From the NCBI GenBank assembly GCA_028715545.1, contig JAQURP010000003.1, positions 1 through 50,542 on the forward strand: a DNA stretch of 50,542 bases, written 5' to 3'. The position numbers and the translations under genes are program-made. This document shows positions 28,573 through 37,915 of this stretch, in pieces. The first letter of the stretch is position 1; every line of letters starts with the position of its first letter. The DNA comes from Methanocellales archaeon (GTDB lineage Archaea; Halobacteriota; UBA148). Under the pieces are notes generated by a model. That model was not told the origin of the DNA. It saw only the letters and a list, made by a program, of their open reading frames with translations, and searched no databases.

Positions 28573-29577
28573 ATGATGAGCACTAAAAAAGCCCTAGTCA
28601 CGGGTGGAGCAGGGTTTATTGGCTCCCATCTGGTGGATAGACTCTTGGAAGATGGTCATGAAGTCGTGATTCTCGACAACTTTTCGAGTGGGCGCATGGA
28701 AAACTTGGCCCAGTCCAAAAAGAGCGAAAAGTTAACAGTGGTGGAAATTGACGTTTCCAGCTTCCAAGACATTAAAGATTATTTTAAAGGTGTGACTTGG
28801 GTCTTTCATCTCGCTGCGCTTGCTGATATCGTTCCATCCGTGCAGAATCCATTAAAATACCATAGAGCGAATGTGGATGGAACAGTTTCAGTCCTTGAAA
28901 GTGCAAGGAAAATGGGTGTGAAAAGATTCATATATGCGGCCTCGTCCTCATGTTATGGGATCCCAGATGTTTACCCAACTCCAGAGAATGCCGATATTAG
29001 GCCCAAGTATCCCTATGCATTGACAAAGTATATCGGCGAGCAATATGTCCTTCACTGGGGAAAGCTTTATGATTTGCCTGTCGTCTCGTTAAGATTATTC
29101 AACGTGTATGGCCCCAGAGCAAGGACTACTGGAACTTATGGTGCAGTTTTTGGCGTATTCTTGGCACAGAAATTGGCTGGAAAACCGTTTACTGTTGTAG
29201 GCGATGGCACACAGACAAGGGATTTTACGTTTGTTACTGACGTTGCTGACGCGTTTATTTTTACTGCTGAATCTGAGTTCCACGATGTGGTCTTTAATGT
29301 TGGATCTGGCGAGCACCATAGTGTTAACGAATTAGTGGAGCTGCTGGGAGGGGGCAAAAAAGTATATATCCCAAAAAGACCTGGAGAGCCTGACCACACA
29401 TTTGCGGATATCTCAAAGATAAAAGAAAGATTGGGGTGGAAGCCAAAGGTTGGTTTCAAAGAGGGTGTTAAAATAATGCTCGAGAATATGGATTACTGGA
29501 GAGATGCCCCTGTGTGGGAGAAGGACTCGATATCAGAAGCTACGACGGATTGGTTCAAATACCTGTCAAAGAAATGA
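28573..29577 (+). CDS. NAD-dependent nucleotide-sugar epimerase/dehydratase (GalE/WbpP-like extended SDR)
   Basis: [29 protein letters not shown] (YxxxK) and GDGTQTRDFTFV. Starts immediately after the stop of the upstream fusion gene. Confidence 0.8.
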   Translation: MMSTKKALVTGGAGFIGSHLVDRLLEDGHEVVILDNFSSGRMENLAQSKKSEKLTVVEIDVSSFQDIKDYFKGVTWVFHLAALADIVPSVQNPLKYHRANVDGTVSVLESARKMGVKRFIYAASSSCYGIPDVYPTPENADIRPKYPYALTKYIGEQYVLHWGKLYDLPVVSLRLFNVYGPRARTTGTYGAVFGVFLAQKLAGKPFTVVGDGTQTRDFTFVTDVADAFIFTAESEFHDVVFNVGSGEHHSVNELVELLGGGKKVYIPKRPGEPDHTFADISKIKERLGWKPKVGFKEGVKIMLENMDYWRDAPVWEKDSISEATTDWFKYLSKK

Positions 29578-29589
29578 GGAGGTGAAAAA

Positions 29590-30597
29590 ATGTCCAACTT
29601 AAAATTTAAAAACGTTCTAATAATAGGTGGTGCTGGTTATGTCGGGAGCGCTTTAGTGCCAAGTATGTTGAAAAAGGGCTATAACGTGACCGTTTATGAT
29701 CTATACCTTTACGGAGATGTCTTCTCAAATTTAGAAGACATCCCAAACCTTACACAAGTAAAGGCCGATATCCGAAATAGAGAAAAGCTGATTGAGGCTT
29801 CAAAGGATATCGACGCGATAGTACACCTCGCATGCATCTCCAACGATCCGAGCTATGAGCTTGACCCCGCTCTGGGTAAGTCTATAAACTATGATGCCTT
29901 TTTCAACGTTCTTGAAGCGGCGGAAAAGAACAACATCAAACGGTTCATATATGCTAGTTCATCGAGCATCTATGGCATAAAAGAGGAAAGAGACATAAGG
30001 GAAGATGCGTCCTGCGAGCCCTTGACGGATTATTCAAAATACAAGTTGGAGTGCGAGAAGGAGTTATTGGAGTTTGGGAAGGTGCACGAGATGGAGCACG
30101 TGATAGTGAGGCCCGCAACTGTATGCGGGTACACGCCCAGACTGCGGCTTGACTTAGTTGTGAACATCCTGACGATCAACGCACTGGTCAATAGGAAGAT
30201 AAAAATTTTTGGTGGGAACCAACTAAGGCCGAACATCCATATCAAAGACATAGTTAGGGTGTATGAGCTGCTTCTTTCTGCACCAAAAGAGAAAATCAAT
30301 GGTCAGATATTCAATGCAGGCTATCAAAATTATTCCGTAGAAGAACTTGCTAAAAAAGTGAAAAGCGTCATAGGGGACCCAAAAATCGAATTGGAGTCTG
30401 TACCCTCGGATGATATTCGATCCTATCATATCAATTCCGATAAGATACGGGATGTGTTGGGATTTGAACCAAGATATACAATTGAAGATGCTGTACGAAG
30501 TCTTGTAGATGCTTATGGGAAGGGCTTGATTGAAGATGGTTTAAAGAATCCACTTTATTACAATATCAAGATGATGCAAAAAGTCAACTTAAGATGA
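29590..30597 (+). CDS. NAD-dependent epimerase/dehydratase family SDR
   Basis: IIGGAGYVGSAL, ASSSSIYG, YSKYK (YxxxK). Strong GGAGGTGA RBS upstream. Its stop overlaps the start of the E1 alpha gene (ATGA). Confidence 0.75.
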   Translation: MSNLKFKNVLIIGGAGYVGSALVPSMLKKGYNVTVYDLYLYGDVFSNLEDIPNLTQVKADIRNREKLIEASKDIDAIVHLACISNDPSYELDPALGKSINYDAFFNVLEAAEKNNIKRFIYASSSSIYGIKEERDIREDASCEPLTDYSKYKLECEKELLEFGKVHEMEHVIVRPATVCGYTPRLRLDLVVNILTINALVNRKIKIFGGNQLRPNIHIKDIVRVYELLLSAPKEKINGQIFNAGYQNYSVEELAKKVKSVIGDPKIELESVPSDDIRSYHINSDKIRDVLGFEPRYTIEDAVRSLVDAYGKGLIEDGLKNPLYYNIKMMQKVNLR

Positions 30598-31580
30598 AAA
30601 TGAACAGCAAAACATTTCGTTCGTTCTTATATAAAATGCTGAGGATTCGAATGGTTGAAGAGAAGATAGTAGAGTTGTACCCAGAGCAAGAGATAAGATG
30701 CCCCACACACCTATCTATAGGTGAAGAAGCAACTGCAGTCGGCGTGTGCGAGAATTTAAGACAAGACGACATGGTATTTGGCTATCATCGTAGTCATGCA
30801 CATTACTTGGCAAAAGGCGGCAACCTCAAAGCATTTATGGCTGAACTGTATGGTAAAGCCACTGGGTGTTCGAGAGGCAAAGGTGGTTCCATGCATCTCA
30901 TAGATATTTCTGTCAATTTTTTGGGTACTACACCGATTCTAGGGGGGACCGTCCCACTAGCAGTTGGCGCAGCATTATCTTCACAGATGCAGGGTAAGGA
31001 CAATATTGCTGTTGCTTTCTTTGGAGATGCTGCTGCAGAGGAAGGAATAATTCACGAGAGCCTCAATTTTGCCTCTTTGAAAAAGTTGCCCGTTTTATTT
31101 GTCTGTGAAAATAATCTGTACTCGGTTCAAACTCCTCTTTCAGCTCGACAACCAGAAAGGGAAATCTATTTACTCGGCAAAGCGCATGCAGTGGATTCTT
31201 ACTTGGCGGATGGTTACGACGCACTAAAGGTGTACGAGATAGCCAAAAAGGCCGTTGAAAAAATAAGGGCTGGCAATGGACCGATATTTTTGGAATTATT
31301 AACCTATCGATGGCGTGAACATTGTGGCCCAAACTATGATTTTGAACTCGGATATAGGAACGAGGTCGAGTTCCTGAAATGGAAGGAGAAGGATCCCATA
31401 AAAAAGCTCAAAGAAGAGATGTTAGAGGCAAATATCCTATCAAATGAAGAGTTTGAAGGGATGAGAGAAGAAATAAATAGGGAAATAGAAGACGCTGTAT
31501 CCTTCGCAAAGGATAGTCCATTCCCGGAAAAAGACGAATTATATAGCAACGTATACTCAGAGCAGGGACATGAAAAGTAA
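30594..31580 (+). CDS. ThDP-dependent 2-oxoacid dehydrogenase E1 component, alpha-subunit-like
   Basis: FFGDAAAEEGIIHESLNFASLKKLPVLFVCENNLYS (GDx(n)NN ThDP-binding motif), HLSIGEEA and YRWREHCGP. 328 aa. Confidence 0.85.
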   Translation: MKMNSKTFRSFLYKMLRIRMVEEKIVELYPEQEIRCPTHLSIGEEATAVGVCENLRQDDMVFGYHRSHAHYLAKGGNLKAFMAELYGKATGCSRGKGGSMHLIDISVNFLGTTPILGGTVPLAVGAALSSQMQGKDNIAVAFFGDAAAEEGIIHESLNFASLKKLPVLFVCENNLYSVQTPLSARQPEREIYLLGKAHAVDSYLADGYDALKVYEIAKKAVEKIRAGNGPIFLELLTYRWREHCGPNYDFELGYRNEVEFLKWKEKDPIKKLKEEMLEANILSNEEFEGMREEINREIEDAVSFAKDSPFPEKDELYSNVYSEQGHEK

Positions 31581-32649
31581 TAGAATAATTAGCTACATGG
31601 AAGCTGTAAGGGAAGGCATTGATTTATGCTTGGAGAAATACCCCTCGGTATTCATCATAGGTCCTGGGGTACCTGATCCAAAAGGTGTCTTTGGAACAAC
31701 GTTGAACCTTGTCGACAAATATGGACCCGGCAGGGTTTTGGACATGCCCCTGTCTGAAAACGGAATTACTGGTGTTTGTATTGGGGCTGCTTTGACTGGG
31801 ATGAGGCCAATTATGGTGCATCAGAGGATGGATTTCTCCCTCCTGGCAATTGACGAACTAATAAATAATGCCGCAAAATGGCATTACATGTTCGGTGGAT
31901 GGTGTGAAGTACCGCTTGTGATTCGGCTTATAATCGGTCGCGGATGGGGGCAGGGCGCACAGCACTCACAAAACCTCCAGGCGTTGTACGCACATATTCC
32001 TGGCTTGAAAGTCGTTATGCCCACCACTCCTTATGATGTCAAAGGCCTGTTAATTTCGAGCATAGAGGACAACAATCCCATAATATTTATCGAACACCGC
32101 TGGTTGTACAATATGTGTGAACACGTACCTGAAGCGATGTACCGAGTGCCGATTGGTAAATCCAAAATTGTCAGAGAAGGTGAAGATATAACGATTGCCT
32201 CCACATCGTATATGACTATAGAGTCCATTAAAGCTTCAAGAATCATTGAGAATTTAGGAATCTCTCCGGAAATAGTTGATATTCGAACAATAAAACCGCT
32301 TGACACTAATTTGATTATTAAATCTGTAAAAAAGACAGGCAGATTACTAGTCATAGATTCCGGATGGAAAAGCGGGGGAATTGCAGGCGAAGTTATAGCT
32401 AGTGTGGTTGAGGAGGCTTTTGATTCCTTCAAATCTAAACCTCAACGGATTACTCTACCAGACATCCCTACACCCACCAGTCATTCTCTAACAAGGCATT
32501 ATTATCCGACCTATGTAGATATTGCAAATAAGATAGCGACTATGGCGGGAATGGGGACGGAAAAAGCTGAGTTGAGAAAAATTTTAAAATCCAAAAAATA
32601 TGACACCCCATCGGATATACCCCACCTCTCTTTCACAGGACCGTTTTAA
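31570..32649 (+). CDS. ThDP-dependent 2-oxoacid dehydrogenase E1 component, beta-subunit-like
   Basis: ISYMEAVREGIDLCL ... RVLDMPLSENGITGVCIGAALTGMRPI ... IRTIKPLD is the transketolase-like Pyr plus C-terminal domain pattern. 11-nt overlap with the alpha gene. Confidence 0.85.
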   Translation: MKSNRIISYMEAVREGIDLCLEKYPSVFIIGPGVPDPKGVFGTTLNLVDKYGPGRVLDMPLSENGITGVCIGAALTGMRPIMVHQRMDFSLLAIDELINNAAKWHYMFGGWCEVPLVIRLIIGRGWGQGAQHSQNLQALYAHIPGLKVVMPTTPYDVKGLLISSIEDNNPIIFIEHRWLYNMCEHVPEAMYRVPIGKSKIVREGEDITIASTSYMTIESIKASRIIENLGISPEIVDIRTIKPLDTNLIIKSVKKTGRLLVIDSGWKSGGIAGEVIASVVEEAFDSFKSKPQRITLPDIPTPTSHSLTRHYYPTYVDIANKIATMAGMGTEKAELRKILKSKKYDTPSDIPHLSFTGPF

Positions 32650-32682
32650 TAGTTTTATATAGAGTGACGACCTAATCTTGGA

Positions 32683-32910
32683 GTGATAAAAGTGATTTTA
32701 AGCTATGGGGACTTTTTGCAAGCTTCACACGAAGGGTTTGCTGAACTGGGACTAGAAGAAAAGCTGAGGACTACAAATAAAGCTCTATACAGGGCGTCGA
32801 TATGGTATGCCAAACGCAGTGGAAGTATAGTCCATCGAATGCTTGTGGAAAAGCTTTCAGTGCTTGTTGGAAAGTTGAAAGAAAGAGACGAAAGGTATGA
32901 GGATATTTAA
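32683..32910 (+). CDS. Small hypothetical ORF (upstream member of the duplicated leader pair)
   Basis: 75 aa with a GTG start. Its C-terminal KLKERDERYEDI matches KFKRDERHEDI, encoded at about 21300-21335 upstream of the heptose module. Coding status uncertain. Confidence 0.3.
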   Translation: MIKVILSYGDFLQASHEGFAELGLEEKLRTTNKALYRASIWYAKRSGSIVHRMLVEKLSVLVGKLKERDERYEDI

Positions 32911-33028
32911 AAGGGGCGTTAAGAAAGCGGTCGAAACACTTGGCAAAAGCGAAGCTGAGGGGACATCCATATGGGTGCCTCAGTTGAAGCAGAATCTAAA
33001 AGATTCCGACTATGTCTTCTGGCTAGGT
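32881..33028 (+). repeat. Copy 2 of the duplicated leader segment (paralog of 21306-21453)
   Basis: Contains an intact 47-codon ORF (32897-33040: MRIFKRGVKKAVETLGKSEAEGTSIWVPQLKQNLKDSDYVFWLGMVW*). About 40% aa identity and roughly 70-75% nt identity over the first 60 nt to copy 1, judged by eye. Confidence 0.7.
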
Positions 33029-33088
33029 ATGGTGTGGTGAAATATGGTGGTTCTTTTGAAGCAGTATCGATAATTTTAGGTGTAGAAG

Positions 33089-34078
33089 ATGAATAAAATA
33101 GCAGTGATAGGTAGCAATTCTTTTTCTGGAAGCCATTTCATAGATATGCTTCTGGAAGAGAGGGATTCAGAAGTTCTTGGACTTAGTAGGTCTCCTGAAA
33201 AAAGCGCCTTGTTTCTTCCATACAAGAAGCAAGACACTTCCCGATTTAGATTCTTCCAAATGGACTTGAACAGGGATATTGATAAAATAATGGACCTATT
33301 TGATATTGAAAAGCCAGAGATGATTGTTAATTTTGCTGCACAGAGCGAGGTAGGTCCAAGTTGGGATCATCCTGAACAGTGGTTCCGTACAAATTGCCTT
33401 GGAATAGTTAATCTTACCAATAAACTAAAGGATAGAGAGTATTTCAAGAGATATGTTCACATCTCATCACCCGAAGTCTACGGTACTTGTCTAGGTATAG
33501 TCAAGGAAGACGCCCCATTTAACCCAAGCACACCCTATGCCGCGTCAAAAGCCGCTGGAGACATGTTTATACAGGTGTTAATCAAGAATTTTAATTTCCC
33601 TGCAATACTCATAAGGTCCACTAACGTTTATGGCCCCGGCCAGCAATTATTCAAAATCATTCCTAGGTCCATAATCTATATAAAAATGGGGAAAAAGATA
33701 GCACTGCATGGCGATGGACTCGCGGTAAAATCCTATATCCACATCCGGGACACCTCTCATGGCGAACTGGCGGCTATGGAGAAAGGGCGTCTAGGAAGCA
33801 TCTATCATCTCTCACCAGAGAGTGGATATGCGGTGCGCGATGTTGTGCGCAAGATCTGTGACCTTATGGGTCGTGACTTCGAGGCATCTACGGTCTCAGT
33901 AGGCGAGCGATTGGGTCAGGATGCTGCGTATGTGATTGATTCTTCGAGAGCACGCGATGAACTTGGCTGGTACCCAAAGATTACGCTGGACGAGGGGCTG
34001 GCTGATGTGATTGACTGGGTGGAGGACTATTGGGAGCAGATTCAAAAAGAGCCTCTGGACTATATACATAAGCCGTAA
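33089..34078 (+). CDS. NDP-hexose 4,6-dehydratase-like extended SDR
   Basis: IAVIGSNSFSGSHF (variant Rossmann motif), ISSPEVYG, STPYAASKAAGD (RmlB-like YxxxK block) and TNVYGPGQ. Confidence 0.7.
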   Translation: MNKIAVIGSNSFSGSHFIDMLLEERDSEVLGLSRSPEKSALFLPYKKQDTSRFRFFQMDLNRDIDKIMDLFDIEKPEMIVNFAAQSEVGPSWDHPEQWFRTNCLGIVNLTNKLKDREYFKRYVHISSPEVYGTCLGIVKEDAPFNPSTPYAASKAAGDMFIQVLIKNFNFPAILIRSTNVYGPGQQLFKIIPRSIIYIKMGKKIALHGDGLAVKSYIHIRDTSHGELAAMEKGRLGSIYHLSPESGYAVRDVVRKICDLMGRDFEASTVSVGERLGQDAAYVIDSSRARDELGWYPKITLDEGLADVIDWVEDYWEQIQKEPLDYIHKP

Positions 34079-34095
34079 AAAGAGTGAGTAATGTA

Positions 34096-34947
34096 ATGAT
34101 TGGGTTAAGCACGACATATTATGCAACAAAAGGGTGCTCTATTTATGATTCTGTTTTAAGAGCGGTAAATTTAGGTTTTGACGTTGTTGAATTAGGTACC
34201 GCACATATGTATGAGGATAACGCTTGGGATGTTTTACACAAGATAAAGAGAGATTTCCCAGATAGTGCTTTTTCCGTCCATAACCTATTCCCCCCTCTTA
34301 AGAATAAAACCTGGTTTAACCCCGCGGACGGTTTATGCTCTGTTAACAAAAAAATTATTGACCGTTTATTTAAGACCGCTTCGATATTAGGGGCTCTAGT
34401 TATAAGTATACACCCCCCCGTTCTTAATGAGATCTGTTTGAGCGGTAAAGTGGCCGGCAATTTCGACAAACCCCAAATAGGCAAGCCTAAAGACGAGGAG
34501 ATAAGTAGAAAGAATTTCACCCAATTCCTTGAATATATAAACAAGAGGTCTGAAGAGATTAATACGAGGGTGCTTATTGAGAATATGAGCACCTCATTTG
34601 TAAACGCCCTTCTTTCTACAAAAGATAATTTTTTAGAAATATTCGATAAATTCGATAATATCGGCTTGCTTTTAGATGTCGGGCATGCTTTGCAATGCGA
34701 AAATCTTCATGAATTATTAGAATTAAATGACGATATCTTTGAATTACATCTCCATGATGTTGGAGAGACACCGGAGAGGAAAAAGTGGGCTCATTTACCC
34801 GTGAAGGATAAATTATATTTTGAAACCCTAAAGAAGATTACAAATAAGAACTCTGTGCTTTGGGTCTTTGAACATGGCGCAGATGTTTTTGAAGACGAGA
34901 TCCTGGAAGAGAAGAAACTATTAGAGAAGTTTTTAGGAGGGGCGTGA
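34096..34947 (+). CDS. Sugar (phosphate) isomerase/epimerase, xylose-isomerase-like TIM barrel
   Basis: GFDVVELG, ISIHPP, VLIENM, LLLDVGHA and ELHLHD are spaced as in AP_endonuc_2 / xylose isomerase-like barrels. ATG 34096 preferred over GTG 34084. Confidence 0.7.
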   Translation: MIGLSTTYYATKGCSIYDSVLRAVNLGFDVVELGTAHMYEDNAWDVLHKIKRDFPDSAFSVHNLFPPLKNKTWFNPADGLCSVNKKIIDRLFKTASILGALVISIHPPVLNEICLSGKVAGNFDKPQIGKPKDEEISRKNFTQFLEYINKRSEEINTRVLIENMSTSFVNALLSTKDNFLEIFDKFDNIGLLLDVGHALQCENLHELLELNDDIFELHLHDVGETPERKKWAHLPVKDKLYFETLKKITNKNSVLWVFEHGADVFEDEILEEKKLLEKFLGGA

Positions 34948-34954
34948 GGAGAAA

Positions 34955-36616
34955 ATGGCATTATTAAATCGTGACGCAGGTGAAACGGAAAATAACATTA
35001 AGGTACTTTTGGTGACTCCAATAAGTGATCTTAGCTTTATGAACCTCACATGTGCACCACCAATTGGGCTGTATCGTGTCAGGAACTATCTGATATCCAA
35101 GGGCATATATTGTGATATTCTAGATTTAGATCTGGATCGTACACTTGAGAATAAATATTTACGTCTGGTTGAGCAAGGTGTCTATGATGTGATCGGTGTC
35201 AGTGTAAGCCATCAGAATATACTTTCAGACCTCAAGACATTGTGGAGGTTTCGAGAGGCTAGTAGAAAGAGTGGTAAGAGGTGCGTATTTATCTCTGGGG
35301 GACAAGAAGCAAGCCTCAATTATACGCAGTGGTTGGAAGCTGGCATTGATCTCATTTTCTTAGGTTACCCTGAAAAAAGACTATATGAATTTATTTCACG
35401 TTTAGATCGTCAAAGAGATGATGATATAGGGGAAATAGTCAGGGATATTCCTGGAGTTGCATACAAAGAGAAAGATGAACATTTTGTCTTTCGCCCAGCA
35501 AATATTTTAACTCCAAAGGAATTTAGAGAATTATCATTCGACAATGTCAAGAATTTAGATATCCCATTTGATGATTATTGGGCCGCTGTACGTAAAAGTG
35601 CGGATAATCTTGATTTTCATGGTAACATATTCATTGTTGAAACAGTGAGACTTTACACATCAAGCCATTGTGCTCATAATTGCGGCTTTTGTACCTCGCA
35701 GGTTTTTCTTCCTGTATGTCAAAATAAGAAATTTCCAGTAATTATGCTCTCAGCTTCTGAGGTCTATGAGTTAGTCCTACATCACATTAGAAGATATGGT
35801 GCAAAAGGCTTTTTGTTCTGTGATGATGATTTTTTAGTCGGAAATAAGGGCGGGTTAGACCGTGCAGTTGAATTCTGTAGATTAATAGTCGAGGCAAAGA
35901 ATAACGGTTTGATTCCTGAAGATACAACGTTTAATTGCCAAGCCAGAATATCCGACTTCTTGATAACTCAAAAAAAGCTAAATTTGGAGCTTATGGATGC
36001 ACTACATCAAGCTGGATTTCATGGTATAGGGGTAGGTGTAGAGACCTTTTCGGACAGCTTATTAAAATGCCCCTCGGTCAATAAAATAGGTGTTACTGAA
36101 ACGGATTGCTACAATGTTTTAGATGCTTTGTTACAGAAAAAACTGGTTCCGACGATGAATATTATAATTGGGATACCTGAGAGCACCTGCGATGATGTCA
36201 TCCACTCAATGCAGATGGCAGTAAAATACCTCCTAAAGGGCTGCCAAGTTGCGGTCACCATAGTGCTGTTCTCATTCCCTGGTGCACCAATTTATAATTC
36301 GAATTCCTATGACTTTAGCACAATAGAATGGGTAAATCCTGAAACGAACAAAGTTTTGATTATTAAAGACCATGTCCTACCAAATGAGCCCAAGATAGCC
36401 AATATACTCGAGAAGATACAAGACGCATCCGCCGAAGAACTTCGTAAATTCAATATGCAATATCCTTGGCTGGAAGATTCAGCAATTCCAAAGCCACTTC
36501 AAGGCTTGGCTATCTTTATAAGTGTTGCAAAACTTTTAGGTAGACAGGACGTTGCAGAAGAATTCATAGAAGTTGCACACAATATTATCAAAGAGGAGGA
36601 GCTAAAAATTGGATGA
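34955..36616 (+). CDS. B12-binding-domain radical SAM enzyme (class B, methyltransferase-like)
   Basis: N-terminal Rossmann-like block (IKVLLVTP ... PPIGLYRVRNYLISKGIYCDILDLD ... VIGVSV). Radical SAM cluster motif CAHNCGFC (CxxxCxxC). 553 aa. Confidence 0.8.
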   Translation: MALLNRDAGETENNIKVLLVTPISDLSFMNLTCAPPIGLYRVRNYLISKGIYCDILDLDLDRTLENKYLRLVEQGVYDVIGVSVSHQNILSDLKTLWRFREASRKSGKRCVFISGGQEASLNYTQWLEAGIDLIFLGYPEKRLYEFISRLDRQRDDDIGEIVRDIPGVAYKEKDEHFVFRPANILTPKEFRELSFDNVKNLDIPFDDYWAAVRKSADNLDFHGNIFIVETVRLYTSSHCAHNCGFCTSQVFLPVCQNKKFPVIMLSASEVYELVLHHIRRYGAKGFLFCDDDFLVGNKGGLDRAVEFCRLIVEAKNNGLIPEDTTFNCQARISDFLITQKKLNLELMDALHQAGFHGIGVGVETFSDSLLKCPSVNKIGVTETDCYNVLDALLQKKLVPTMNIIIGIPESTCDDVIHSMQMAVKYLLKGCQVAVTIVLFSFPGAPIYNSNSYDFSTIEWVNPETNKVLIIKDHVLPNEPKIANILEKIQDASAEELRKFNMQYPWLEDSAIPKPLQGLAIFISVAKLLGRQDVAEEFIEVAHNIIKEEELKIG

Positions 36617-37823
36617 ATCGAAACTTGCCATCCATGGTGGGCCCCCAATAAGGAGCAAACCGCTCCCCTATAGGAAGCTTTTTGGAAAAAAAGAATTAGA
36701 AGCGGTTACGAAAGTTTTCGAAGATAGTTGGCGAGAGGGGGTGGATTTTGGTTTCCAGGGAAAATATGAGAAACTGTATACCGACAAATTCTGTGAGTTT
36801 CAAGGAGGGGGGTTCGCTGATGGTGTAAGCTCTGGAACGGCAGCCGTCTATCTTGCATTAAAGGTTCTCTATCTTGAGCCAGGGAGTGACGTTATTACCT
36901 CTCCTGTCACAAATCCAGGTAGTATCTCCTCCATCATATTACAAGGTATGAACATCGTTGTTGCGGATTCTCAACCAAATACCTTTCTTTTGGGTCCAGA
37001 TGAGTTCGAGGCAGCCTTGACGCCTAATACCCGTGCTGCGGTTTTAACTCATTCTGGTGGGTATCCCATTGATATGAATCCAATAGTGGAAATAGCTGAG
37101 TCCAAGGGAATCAAAATAATCGAAGATGGTTCACAGGCCCACGGAGCTCTCTACAAAGGAAAGAGAGTTGGACGTTTCGGAGACATTGCCGCTTTTTCTA
37201 CCATGTTTTCCAAGACTCTCGCAACTGGTGGTTGCGGAGGTCTTGTCTATACGGAGAACGAAGAATACTATTGGCCTATTCGCTCGCATGCGGATAGGGG
37301 TAAACCCTTTCACATCTCTGACTTTAGCCAGAGGAGGTTTGATGAATACCTGTTCCCTGCGTTGAATTTTAATCTCGACGAGCTTTCTTGTGCCATTGGT
37401 CTTTCAACTCTTTCTCGGTTACAGAAAACGATCGATAAACGTTTTGAAATAACCAGAAAAATTGATGAAGCTCTTGATGCATCGTCAGTCGTATCCCCCG
37501 CCTTGAAGCCCCAATATGACTGTAAACCCTCAATATTTTTCCATACTGTTATGGTTGACGTTGACAAGCTTAAGGTCTCAAAAAAGGAATTTGCGGAGGC
37601 CGTGGCTGCTGAAGGCATTTGGGTTAATCCTGATTATCGTGAAGTTGTCTCTGAGTGGAAGTGGCTCCAGAGTTACTTGAAGAGAGGAACACATACCCCA
37701 AATGCCTCGGATTTCCGGGATAGGACCTTTAACATCCTCCTTAATGAACGATTTTCAGACGAGGACATCGAGGATGTGATCGCGAGTATTCTGAAAGTAG
37801 AATCTGTTCTCGCAAAGACATAA
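36609..37823 (+). CDS. DegT/DnrJ/EryC1-family PLP-dependent sugar aminotransferase
   Basis: LAIHGGPP start, IEDGSQAHGA, and FSTMFSKTLATGGCGG with a Lys retained in the PLP-binding region. TTG start at 36609 overlaps the upstream stop by 8 nt. Confidence 0.85.
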   Translation: MDESKLAIHGGPPIRSKPLPYRKLFGKKELEAVTKVFEDSWREGVDFGFQGKYEKLYTDKFCEFQGGGFADGVSSGTAAVYLALKVLYLEPGSDVITSPVTNPGSISSIILQGMNIVVADSQPNTFLLGPDEFEAALTPNTRAAVLTHSGGYPIDMNPIVEIAESKGIKIIEDGSQAHGALYKGKRVGRFGDIAAFSTMFSKTLATGGCGGLVYTENEEYYWPIRSHADRGKPFHISDFSQRRFDEYLFPALNFNLDELSCAIGLSTLSRLQKTIDKRFEITRKIDEALDASSVVSPALKPQYDCKPSIFFHTVMVDVDKLKVSKKEFAEAVAAEGIWVNPDYREVVSEWKWLQSYLKRGTHTPNASDFRDRTFNILLNERFSDEDIEDVIASILKVESVLAKT

Positions 37824-37915
37824 GGGGCTTTTGCTCGCACCAGCTCAATGAAAGTGGCAACTTGATGGTATCAAAGGGGTATCCTTCATGCTAGCTGGCA
37901 GAAAAGATATTATAA

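Noticed and set aside
37824-37915. Looked for a RiPP precursor peptide next to the SPASM-type radical SAM genes (tiny ORFs such as MVSKGYPSC*).
   Set aside because: There is no credible small ORF with an RBS or a leader/core architecture. The surrounding dehydratase, aminotransferase and SDR genes argue for sugar substrates.
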